A program made the translations under genes and the position numbers. Below, piece after piece: positions 49,043 to 58,878 of a stretch of 64,000 bases of DNA. This stretch comes from Aulosira sp. ZfuVER01 (GTDB lineage Bacteria; Cyanobacteriota; Cyanobacteriia; Cyanobacteriales; Nostocaceae). The notes beneath the pieces are model-generated. The model worked only from the letters and a program-made list of their open reading frames with translations. It was not told where the DNA came from and ran no database searches. Position 1 is the first letter of the stretch. Each line of letters starts with the position of its first letter. The DNA is taken from contig JAVRCV020000046.1 of the NCBI GenBank assembly GCA_034530615.2, positions 1-64,000 of the forward strand, read 5' to 3'.

Positions 49043-49768
49043 ATGATGGATTGGCTTTATCGCTACCCAACTTTATATCCTGGGATTCTACTCAAGCGCT
49101 ACAAGCGCTTTTTTGCTGATGTGCAACTAAATTCTGGTGAAATAGTAACAGCACACTGTCCCAATACAGGGCCGATGACTGGAGTATCGACTCCTAGTAG
49201 TGCAGTGCAGCTTTCTTTAAGTGCTAATCCTAACCGCAAACTAGCTTACACTTTAGAACTGATTCAGGTGCATGATAATGACCCAACTTGGGTAGGTGTG
49301 AATACTGCTTTGCCAAATCAGATAGTGAAGCTAGCTTTGGCGAGATATTTATTCCCAGAGTTGGGTGAATATAGCCAGATTAAGGGCGAAGTAGTTTATG
49401 GGCAAGATAAAAAAAGTCGCGTAGATTTTTTCTTAACCGCAAGTGATGAGGAACGCCCAATTTATTTAGAAGTAAAAAATACAACCTGGTGCCAAGGTAG
49501 TTTAGCACTCTTTCCCGACACAGAAACCACAAGAGGACAAAAGCACTTACGGGAACTGATGGCGCTGCTACCCCAAAGTCGCGCAGTCATGCTGTACTTT
49601 ATCAATCGAGGTGATTGTACAGAGTTTGCCCCCGGAGATACGACAGATCCTATATATGGTAAGTTGTTACGAGATGCGATCGCTCTTGGTTTAGAAGTAT
49701 TACCCTGCCGTTTTGACGTTTCTCCAGAAGGCATCCGTTATTTAGGTTTAGCCAAACTCAAAATCTGA
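49043..49768 (+). CDS. sfsA: DNA/RNA nuclease SfsA
   Basis: KRYKRFFADV, AHCPNTGPM, EVKN, FPDTETTRGQKHL. Confidence 0.93.
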   Translation: MMDWLYRYPTLYPGILLKRYKRFFADVQLNSGEIVTAHCPNTGPMTGVSTPSSAVQLSLSANPNRKLAYTLELIQVHDNDPTWVGVNTALPNQIVKLALARYLFPELGEYSQIKGEVVYGQDKKSRVDFFLTASDEERPIYLEVKNTTWCQGSLALFPDTETTRGQKHLRELMALLPQSRAVMLYFINRGDCTEFAPGDTTDPIYGKLLRDAIALGLEVLPCRFDVSPEGIRYLGLAKLKI

Positions 49769-49782
49769 ATCAAAACGAAATA

Positions 49783-49821
49783 AACCACAGATGTAGACGC
49801 TGCGCGTCTACATCTGTGGTT
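49783..49821. terminator. 18-bp hairpin between convergent sfsA and slipin
   Basis: aaccacagatgtagacgc-tgc-gcgtctacatctgtggtt. Confidence 0.6.
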
Positions 49822-49840
49822 CGATATCTAAAACATTGAT

Positions 49841-51379
49841 TTATTCACGATTCATCCGAATTAAATCCGTCAAAATGCTATCCAAACTACCATTAACTTG
49901 AATTTTCTCAATCTTCTCAGCAATTCGCTCTAATACTTCCAACTCCTTCAAACGCAACGCCACAGGGTTATCCTCCATCACCTTGGCAGTATTCAACATA
50001 CTGCGAGTAGCAGCAGTTTCTTCACGACGGCGGACTACATTTGCTTGGGCGGCTTTTTCCGCTTCCACTACTTTGCTCAAAATAGTCTTAATTTCACCGG
50101 GGAGAATAATATCTTTCACCCCAACTGAATCTACTTCAATTCCATAGTCTGCGGTTTTTTGGCGAATGTAGTCAGAAATACTTCTATCAATCGCGCCTTT
50201 ATCCTCCAGTAACGCATCCAGAGTTCTTTCGCCAACTGCACCACGCAAAGCAAACTGTAACTCTTTGTATAAATACCCAGCAATATCCGATAAGCCATTT
50301 TTAGCTCTTAAGGGATCGAGTATACGGAAGCCAGCAGTTAAGTTTAAGCGCAAAGGCACTTTATCCTTAGAGAGGATATCTTGACCAGATACTTCCATAG
50401 CTTGTTGGCGCAGGTCAAAAACTTCCGTTTGCAAAGAACGCCCAAACACCCACCATGCGTGCTTTCCTGGCTGGAGTTGTGTTTGAAATTCTTGATTAAC
50501 GTACAGCAAACCAACGTATTGTGATGGTACTTCGCAAATATGCAGACTACTGCGGCTAAGAGTAAAAGCCTCTGGTAAACCCGAAACTAACTCAGCAACT
50601 AAGCGAGATGACAACTTAGCATCATTGCTGATGTCAATCACCTCTACCTCAACACCTTGCCAGAAGAGTTTGCGACTACATGGCGCTAGGATCGAAATCA
50701 CCTTACCCTGATAGCGCACAATTGCTACTTGCTGATTCTGTAATTGGACTATTTCACAGTAAGCAGCTACAAACTCCGGATGTCTCTCAATTAAGACATC
50801 TTCCAAAGGAAAGTTTGGATTGGGTAAAATCCGGCTGAGAGTCTGGAGAGAAACATCCCTATTCACAGACCAAAAAGCATACTCACCTGGTTCTAATGGC
50901 CGGACAAAGTTACCTTGCACGTACAGCAAGCCAATCTCATACTCAGAAATTTGGAACTTCTTGATACCATTTAAGGCAATTCCCCGTACTTGCTGCACAA
51001 ACTCAGCAGGTAATTCCAAGCTTTCTTGCAAGTTAAACAGATGAGTTTCTACCTCAATAAAACCACGCCAAAAAGCACGTAATTGATTTGGCCCAACACT
51101 AATCCAATTTTGTCCCAAGCGCACTAAAGCAGCCTGATTGAATCCTGTCCGCACGACTATTAAGTATTGCTGTAACGCTGAACTATGATTGCGCAGCAAC
51201 AGTTCTAGGTTTTCAATCTGAGCTTCTGGTTGGTTAAGATCGTAAGTTTTTACTTGCCAATGCCAACCAACATAAGTATAAGTACTAGGCTGCAAGATTT
51301 TTTTAAAATCACTGCGGTAATATAAAATTCCAATTTCGTTAGGTTTGATATAGAAAGTTTTCCACATAGAAATTTGCAT
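49841..51379 (-). CDS. Slipin (SPFH/band-7) family protein with repeated N-terminal beta units
   Basis: GQDILSKDKV, LDALLE, GVKDIILPGE, RREETAATRS, ALRLKELE; start 51379 or 51367. Confidence 0.88.
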   Translation of the reverse strand: MQISMWKTFYIKPNEIGILYYRSDFKKILQPSTYTYVGWHWQVKTYDLNQPEAQIENLELLLRNHSSALQQYLIVVRTGFNQAALVRLGQNWISVGPNQLRAFWRGFIEVETHLFNLQESLELPAEFVQQVRGIALNGIKKFQISEYEIGLLYVQGNFVRPLEPGEYAFWSVNRDVSLQTLSRILPNPNFPLEDVLIERHPEFVAAYCEIVQLQNQQVAIVRYQGKVISILAPCSRKLFWQGVEVEVIDISNDAKLSSRLVAELVSGLPEAFTLSRSSLHICEVPSQYVGLLYVNQEFQTQLQPGKHAWWVFGRSLQTEVFDLRQQAMEVSGQDILSKDKVPLRLNLTAGFRILDPLRAKNGLSDIAGYLYKELQFALRGAVGERTLDALLEDKGAIDRSISDYIRQKTADYGIEVDSVGVKDIILPGEIKTILSKVVEAEKAAQANVVRRREETAATRSMLNTAKVMEDNPVALRLKELEVLERIAEKIEKIQVNGSLDSILTDLIRMNRE

Positions 51380-51751
51380 AGAGAATTTAGGCAGTCGTAG
51401 CCGACGCAGAAGTTTGATAAAGACATTTATAACTTTGGCGTAGGGAATTTTCCTTAGTTAGTTTTATTTCCACATCGTATATAAACAAGAGATATAGCCA
51501 CTTGTGTTACATTGCTTGTTGCAGCTATAAATAGAGTTAATTGCTATCCAAAATATAATATACTACATATAATACATTATATTTTTAAACTCTGCAAATG
51601 TCGTTTTTTACAGTTCAGCTGCGGGATAATTGCTCTTCAAAACTGGATTAAAGAGGTAACGCACTCATGAGTTTCCTTATGAGCGACGCTGCTGCTACTT
51701 TTTCTAAGACTATCCAAAGGCAATCCAGAAAAAGATAACATCTCTCAAATA

Positions 51752-51852
51752 TAGAAATCATACTTGAATCTTGCTAAGTATACTTAGAAACAAACCTTTG
51801 TATGGCAAGCTTCTAGCTAGTCTGGTTTTTCAGAAATCAAATATGAGTCCTA
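51752..51852. mobile_element. 101-bp MITE with TA duplication (IS630-like behaviour)
   Basis: caaaTA[tagaaatcatacttga…tcaaatatgagtccta]TAtgcc; copy B has the empty site caaaTAtgcc. Confidence 0.85.
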
Positions 51853-52112
51853 TATGCCATTCAGTTTGCCAGTTCCGCCAAAGTAGGATGTGTCAAACGA
51901 AGGGACATACTCAAGTTAGGGAGGAAACAATTGCACAGGCTTCTTAGCTGTGACTACTGAGTATAACGAGTATAAACAGTAGCATAACAACAACATCGCA
52001 GAGTTTACTAAACTAAAACAGATTTTGTCCGTTTCGGCTTTTTTCCCAGTCGCGTAAATGCGAAGTAGCCTTGTCCCTAACAAGGTGCCCGTACCCAGGG
52101 CGAGGGTGTGTT

Positions 52113-52186
52113 TGCTGAAATTACAGGAGTTTACCTGTTACTGATCGCCGATACAGCGATCGCTCTACTAAAAGAGTTAACTTTCA
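52113..52186 (-). pseudogene. Degenerate tRNA, homologous to the tRNA-CAT at 55155-55229
   Basis: tgaaagt-ta-actc…gagc-gatcg…acagg-taaact-cctgt-aatttca: acceptor, D and T stems still recognisable; T and anticodon loops are broken. Confidence 0.6.
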
Positions 52187-52382
52187 AAGGGTAGTAACAT
52201 ATCGTTCCACGGTATACACTCAATCCAAAGGTTGGCGTACCAGTTGGGCATACAGAACCCGCACTAATGCTTTGCAAAATGTCTTCCTACCTCGCTACTC
52301 AATGTAACTCAAGCAAATATGAGGAGACACGCGGTAATTACTTAATGAAATACTCACTTCAAGAGCCAAAGGTTTGAAATTA

Positions 52383-54398
52383 TTAAGCAGCAAGCTGCCT
52401 TTGCTGGTGTAATGGAAGTGAAATCACAAATTCTGTACCTTTACCAAACATAGAATTACACTGTAATTTCCCTTGATGTTTTTCAGTGACAATTTGATAA
52501 CTGATAGATAAAGCCAAGCCTGTACCTTTACCAACAGGTTTAGTAGTAAAAAAGGGATTAAATAATTGTTTTTGTAAAGCTTCAGGAATTCCAACTCCAT
52601 TATCAATAATGCGAATAATTATTTGTTGGTCAATAGTAAGTTCAGTTTGAATACGAATTTGACCTTTACTTTTTCTTGATGAAGTAGACGCGCTTTCTTC
52701 ATTATTAGTTACGGGACGATGAATTACGAATAACTCTTCTATGGCATCAATTGCATTTGTGAGAAGATTGATAAACACCTGATTGAGTTCTCCGGCGTAG
52801 CATTCTACTAGTGGCAGGTCAGCATATTCTTTGATAATTTCAATAGCTGTACGATCTGGTGTAGCCTTGAGGCGGCTTTCTAAAAACATTAGTGTACTAT
52901 CGATACCTTCATAGATATTTACCATCTTCATTTCTGCCTCATCTAACCGTGAAAAGTTTCTCAGAGATAGCACAATTTGTTTAATTCTCTCAGCACCGAC
53001 TTTGATCGAATTCAGCAACTTCGGCAAGTCTTGCATTAAGAAATTAAATTCGATTGCTTCTTCCTCATCTTGAATTTCTACTGCTGGCTGGGGATAGTGA
53101 TGTTGGTAAAGTTGCAGTAATCTGAGCAAATCTTGGATATATTCATGGGCGGGAGTAATATTACTATAAATAAAGCTAACTGGGTTGTTAATTTCGTGTG
53201 CTACTCCTGCTACTAACTGACTTAAGCTAGACATTTTTTCAGCTTGAATCAATTGCGCTTGAGTTTGTTGTAATTCTCGTAAAGCTTGCTCAAGTTCTTG
53301 CGCTTGCTGTTGCAGTGTTTCTTGTTGTTGACTAAGCAACACAACCTGCATTTTTGCTTGTTGAGATAGTTGTATTTGTCGCCAAGCGATAATTGCTGCG
53401 ATTCCAAGCAATCCACCCAATATAGAAGCAAGTAAGTTCAGTGCGTATAGTTGAGATTCAATGTTTTCACGCGGTATAACTAGAGCTATTGACCAATTCG
53501 CTTGTTTGAGATGACCATAAAGAACATATTTGTTAGTGCCATCAATGGAAATAAGTTCTATTCCTTGCTGTTGCTTCACCATTAGACTAGCCAGTGCCGC
53601 TAAGTTAGGATCAGTTGACTCTAGAAAACTAGGAGCAGGTTTTTCTTGTGTTGACATCAACGCTGGATTGGGATGAATAATTGGCTCTCCCTTAGAGTTG
53701 AGTGCAAATGCATAACTACCATTACCGTAATGTAATCTGTTGACTACTTGAGTAATTCGATCTACCTTTAAGCTACCGTTGATAACTCCAATGGGACGAC
53801 TGTTAAGGTCATAACTTTGGCGAATAGGAGAAGCGATCGCCACAGAAGGAATTCCAGTAGTCCGACTGATGAAGGGATCTGATATATTGACTTCTCCTGC
53901 CATTGCTTTTTGAATAAAATCCCGATCCTTGTTATTGGTATCTGCTTTACCTACCTCAGTGTTGTAATAGGAACCGTTCGGCAGCGATACTGCCATTTTA
54001 GAAAATTCCCCAGTGCGCTTAATTTCTGCGTTTAAATATGGTTGAATAACTTTCCAATCTAAAGAACGCGCCACATCTGTATTAGCAATAGTTTGAATTT
54101 CAATAGAGCAAATTGCTAACCATTGATCGATCTCATCAGTTCCTTGACGAACCTGAAGCAGGGCTTTTTCCTGAAGTTGTTGAACAATTAACTCTCTGAC
54201 TATCAAGTAGCTAGCAATACCAATTACCCCTATTGCTAAGGTAGAGCCAATCAAAATCAGTGGTGTTTTCAGATTAGGCAGTTGCTTTTTTGGCACAGGT
54301 ATGGATTGCCTAACTTTGAAAAATTCACGTAATAGTAGATAAGGCATGATAGTCAGCAGTGAAAAACTATAGGTATACTTGTTACCTATAGTTCCCAT
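52383..54398 (-). CDS. Cache-domain sensor histidine kinase
   Basis: Two TM helices around a Cache domain; AHEINNP, QVFINLLTNAIDA, DNGVGI, PFFTTKPVGKGTGL. Start may be 54347. Confidence 0.9.
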   Translation of the reverse strand: MGTIGNKYTYSFSLLTIMPYLLLREFFKVRQSIPVPKKQLPNLKTPLILIGSTLAIGVIGIASYLIVRELIVQQLQEKALLQVRQGTDEIDQWLAICSIEIQTIANTDVARSLDWKVIQPYLNAEIKRTGEFSKMAVSLPNGSYYNTEVGKADTNNKDRDFIQKAMAGEVNISDPFISRTTGIPSVAIASPIRQSYDLNSRPIGVINGSLKVDRITQVVNRLHYGNGSYAFALNSKGEPIIHPNPALMSTQEKPAPSFLESTDPNLAALASLMVKQQQGIELISIDGTNKYVLYGHLKQANWSIALVIPRENIESQLYALNLLASILGGLLGIAAIIAWRQIQLSQQAKMQVVLLSQQQETLQQQAQELEQALRELQQTQAQLIQAEKMSSLSQLVAGVAHEINNPVSFIYSNITPAHEYIQDLLRLLQLYQHHYPQPAVEIQDEEEAIEFNFLMQDLPKLLNSIKVGAERIKQIVLSLRNFSRLDEAEMKMVNIYEGIDSTLMFLESRLKATPDRTAIEIIKEYADLPLVECYAGELNQVFINLLTNAIDAIEELFVIHRPVTNNEESASTSSRKSKGQIRIQTELTIDQQIIIRIIDNGVGIPEALQKQLFNPFFTTKPVGKGTGLALSISYQIVTEKHQGKLQCNSMFGKGTEFVISLPLHQQRQLAA

Positions 54399-54409
54399 TC
54401 CATGAAATT

Positions 54410-54666
54410 TCAGAACATTTTGATTTCATATTTTTCGTTAATACGTTTAATTTGTTTTTGAAACTCTGTACCTTTTTGGGGATTGACCATTGCCACAAAG
54501 TTTGCAAATCCCGTTATTGACGCAATGAGGTTACGTGAGTTGCCCCAATGCTAATTTCCATCGCTGCCGCAATTTCTTCGGCAGTGTTGTATAGCTCTAA
54601 GCCATAATTATTCAAGCATTCGATGTTTCCTTGTTTGCTATTTTTCAAACCCATTGAAACATCCTC
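54410..54666 (-). pseudogene. Internally deleted remnant of a retron-type reverse transcriptase
   Basis: EDVSMGL…YGLELYNTAEEIAAAMEISIG(QL) joined near 54536, with a frame change, to NLIASITGFANFVAMVNPQKGTEFQKQIKRINEKY…*. I recall these as the segments flanking the RT core in cyanobacterial retron-like RTs. No YADD core remains. Confidence 0.65.
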
Positions 54667-55054
54667 TTAAAATATTTACTAATTTGTAATATGCAAACTC
54701 AATTTTATTTGAAAACTCTGCAAATGCAGGTGTTTACAGTTCAGTTGCGGACAAATACATCTCCAAAACTGGATCAAGATTGCTGCTACTTATCCTTAAA
54801 CTACCCAAGGGCAATCTAGAAAAAGAAAACAGCGCTCAAATATGCCGTTCACTTTGCCAGTTCCAGAAATCTAGATCTAACAAGAGAAGGGACATACTCA
54901 AGTTAGGGAGAAATGCATTTGCGCTAGCTTCTTTACTGTTACTACAGACATCACATCGTAATGAGCAGTAGTAAGCACCTACATCACAGAGTCTTTACTA
55001 AAGTTAAATTAGCTACCGTGACGGGGTAGTGTCTTTTGACCCGGACAGGGTTTG

Positions 55055-55127
55055 TGGAGCAGAAAGTGGATTTGAACCACTGACATTTGGATACTAGTCC
55101 AACGAGCTACCACTGCTCTATTCTGCA
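55055..55127 (-). tRNA. tRNA-like gene (fMet-like D and T arms, 6-nt anticodon loop, encoded CCA)
   Basis: gcagaa/ttctgc acceptor, gagc-agtggta-gctc, ttgga-ctagta-tccaa, agtgg-ttcaaat-ccact, cca. Confidence 0.6.
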
Positions 55128-55154
55128 AATTTGCCTTTTTCCCTAGACAAATGT

Positions 55155-55229
55155 TGGTCGAAAGTACAGGAATCGAACCTGCAACCAATCGATTATGAGT
55201 CGATCGCTCTACCAGTGAGCTAACTTCCG
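55155..55229 (-). tRNA. tRNA with CAT anticodon (Ile2 or elongator Met), encoded CCA
   Basis: cggaagt/actttcg, gctc-actggta-gagc, atcga-ctCATaa-tcgat, gcagg-ttcgatt-cctgt, a-cca. Confidence 0.88.
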
Positions 55230-55231
55230 GG

Positions 55232-55301
55232 AGTTTGATGTAGGACTCGAACCTACGCCCCACCGATCGCTTCGGCTGCTCTACCACTGAGCTAATCAAA
55301 C
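55232..55301 (-). tRNA. tRNA-like gene with a 5-nt anticodon loop
   Basis: gtttgat/atcaaac, gctc-agtggta-gagc, gccga-agcga-tcggt, gtagg-ttcgagt-cctac. Confidence 0.65.
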
Positions 55302-55416
55302 AATGGAGTAGTGACGCATTACTCGGCGATATACGCTCAATCCAGAGGTTGGCGCACCAGTCGGGCATACTGAACCCGAACCATAGCTTTGCTTATGTAT
55401 TACTATTCCACTACTT

Positions 55417-55460
55417 AATGTAACATAGGCAAATCTTAGGCGGTAGTGAATAATTACTTA
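55417..55460 (-). promoter_or_regulatory. Putative promoter of ncRNA copy B (-10 TACATT, upstream TAAGTAATTA box)
   Basis: The same two motifs at the same spacing precede copy A (52301-52306 and 52335-52344). Confidence 0.5.
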
Positions 55461-55619
55461 CTTCCAATATTTAGGCAAAAACCATCACATCTCATGGCTG
55501 ATGATACATGACGTAGCTCAAGTTTTAGTAGACTGTTCGGCAGAAAACTGGGATGCGGAAATTGCTACCCATAAAATAGGTAGCAATCTTTGGTGTTCTA
55601 CACCTGATAAAAATTAAGG

Positions 55620-55643
55620 AAGGGTGAGAAATAACCCACCCTG
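55620..55643 (-). terminator. Hairpin downstream of nifH
   Basis: agggtg…caccct immediately after the nifH stop. Confidence 0.4.
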
Positions 55644-55652
55644 TCACATTAT

Positions 55653-56720
<1,068 letters not shown>

Positions 56721-58074
56721 TCAAGAGCTTGCGAGCGGATATATTTGCTAGGATTTTCTATCAGGAGAACCAAGGGCATCAGCATTGTAGATAGTGGTAA
56801 CTAAATCCATCGGTTGCTCAAGCCTTTAGAGTTTTTACAGTAGCAATTTCAACCTGTACAGAGTTTTGCCCTGCACCCAACCAACCAAAATTGCAATTTA
56901 CTCTTAATGGTTGCTACAAATTTCCTATTTTGCTTGTGCGATAGTTGCCACATTCGATATCCTGAAATACTGCGCGATCGCTTCTTAGTGTTTCTTCTAG
57001 TTATTCCTAAAAAATCACTGAATCCTATTCCTATGAATGCAAGGAAGGGAGTCCTCAATTACAAGGGGATTCTCTGCATTGACAACCTTTAACACTATGG
57101 TTTAGGCAGTGTATTGGTGAATTTTGACAATCTAGTTAAATTCCTTAATTTTGTGGAACGGTATCTACTCTGCTGGAAGTTTTAATTTCCACAGTAAGTA
57201 ATTTCTAGAAAATAGTTAGAGCAATGAAAAATAGTTAATATTGCTTGCCCTAAGTTCAGTAACCGTTCTAATTCATTTCGGATTGCCAGGATTTACTATG
57301 AGTCTTTCTCCGTAGACTCTAAGAGTAATTAGATCTGGCGGTTTAACTAACTAGTATAGCCAAACATTACTGGCTATTACCTAAGCAAGCTATAATTGAC
57401 TTCAAGTTCTTACTAAGGTGATTATCTTGCTTATCTGGCTTTTGTTTATCGTTACTAAAAAGCATAACGATATTGAAGCGGACTTACCAGAGCAAAAGGA
57501 CTTTATCGAGTTTACCTCAATATTGTCTTGAAGTCTTTTTGCAGTTCTTACTTTTTGATTCCTGTTTTTAGATTAGCACAGATTTGCTAATTTGTTTTTC
57601 CATATTCAAATTATTTTTTCATTGGCCATAATATTGAAAATCCCACAATTTTTTTAAACTATTGCTCATATCTAACTTATTTAGATTTTATTAACGTTAT
57701 TTGCAAGATATAAAGTAGGAATTCTAGCGATTTTTAATAGTGAAATGCTTTAGCATCGCGCTCGTATAAACTGCAAGATGCATACAAGCATGGTTATATA
57801 CAATACCTTAGTGTACATAGTCTATATAGTTTAGCTTCACAATATTTACCCTAAAATTAAGGTATGAATAGAAAAATGCTCCTTGTACAATCTGCAACTC
57901 AAACCTTAGAAAGATATTCTGTAGAGTAACTGAATATCGTGTTAAGGTTGAAGATGAGAATAGAAATCGGACACAAATTTTGTTTTTAGTATTAACAGGC
58001 TTTTACTCTTTGTTATTGACAGGCTTGTCTCCGAAATTTAAATCTCTCTACACTTTTAATTTTGGAAACAATTT

Positions 58075-58374
58075 ATGTCACTTTACGTAGGCAACCTCTC
58101 ATATGAAGTTACACAAGAGACTTTAAATACTGTTTTTGCAAAATATGGTTCTGTAAAGCAAGTTTCGCTACCTACTGACCGTGAAACAGGTCGTTTGCGT
58201 GGCTTTGCTTTTGTAGAAATGGGTACAGATTCAGAAGAAAATGCCGCCATTGAGGCTCTTGATGGTGCTGAATGGATGGGACGTAACTTGAAAGTGAACA
58301 AAGCTAGGCCTAGAGAAGATAGAGGTTCGTTTGGCGGGAACCGAAATAACTCCGGCTTTCGGAACCGTTACTAA
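58075..58374 (+). CDS. rbp: RRM RNA-binding protein (Rbp family)
   Basis: RNP2 LYVGNL, RNP1 RGFAFVEM, short Gly/Asn tail. Confidence 0.93.
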   Translation: MSLYVGNLSYEVTQETLNTVFAKYGSVKQVSLPTDRETGRLRGFAFVEMGTDSEENAAIEALDGAEWMGRNLKVNKARPREDRGSFGGNRNNSGFRNRY

Positions 58375-58409
58375 ATTTTGAACTCAGAAATTTAAACTCT
58401 AACGTCTTT

Positions 58410-58438
58410 AGGACAGACAATGAGTCTGTCCTTTTTTT
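58410..58438 (+). terminator. Rho-independent terminator
   Basis: aggacagac-aatga-gtctgtcct followed by a T-run. Confidence 0.7.
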
Positions 58439-58492
58439 CAGATTGACTAGATAGCCTCACACTAAGCAGTAATAATTAAGTAAGGAAATAGA

Positions 58493-58681
58493 ATGACCCA
58501 AATAATTGTGGACGATCGTGAAGGAATTGAATCAGCCTTGCGTCGTTTTAAGCGAAAAGTTTCCAAGGCAGGTATTTTTCCAGATATGAAGAAGAATCGC
58601 CATTTTGAAACACCAGAGCAAAAACGTAAGCGTAAAGAAGTTGCGCGGCACAGACAAAATAAGAGAAATTTCCGCAAATAA
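58493..58681 (+). CDS. rpsU: 30S ribosomal protein S21
   Basis: [19 protein letters not shown]…RHFETP. Confidence 0.93.
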   Translation: MTQIIVDDREGIESALRRFKRKVSKAGIFPDMKKNRHFETPEQKRKRKEVARHRQNKRNFRK

Positions 58682-58878
58682 GTTTAAGCGGTTGCATCAT
58701 CTCTCTATGCTGATAAATACTCCAGAAGCAGATTAAAAATAGCAACTTTAATACGATAAGAGCCACAAATCCCCCTCACATTGCTAGTGTGGGGGAGAAG
58801 CTTATCATTGGAGGGCTGAACAAAAAAATCCTACAAATTCAAGATTATTTTTAGTTAATGATGTGATGTCATTTATTT

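Larger units (their letters stand above)
51589..52298 (-). ncRNA. Putative large structured ncRNA, copy A (interrupted by a MITE; contains a decayed tRNA)
   Basis: Colinear similarity to 54715-55414 in a 5' block (52190-52345) and a 3' block (51589-52015); closing stem 51988-52004 / 51589-51606. Confidence 0.6.
54715..55414 (-). ncRNA. Putative large structured ncRNA, copy B, with three embedded tRNA/tRNA-like units
   Basis: 5' domain closed by agtagtg/cactact; 3' domain (54715-54992) closed by a 17-bp stem actctgtgatgtaggtg / cacctgcatttgcagagt; paralogous to copy A. Confidence 0.65.

Noticed and set aside
54655..54670. gaggatgtttcaa as a MITE end like the one at 373-390
   Set aside because: No partner end found; the same bases read EDVS in frame with the RT-like peptide, though some ambiguity remains.
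54780..55368. ORFs 54780-54971 (+) and 55009-55368 (-)
   Set aside because: They overlap tRNA cloverleaves and structured RNA, and the frames are not preserved in the paralogous copy.
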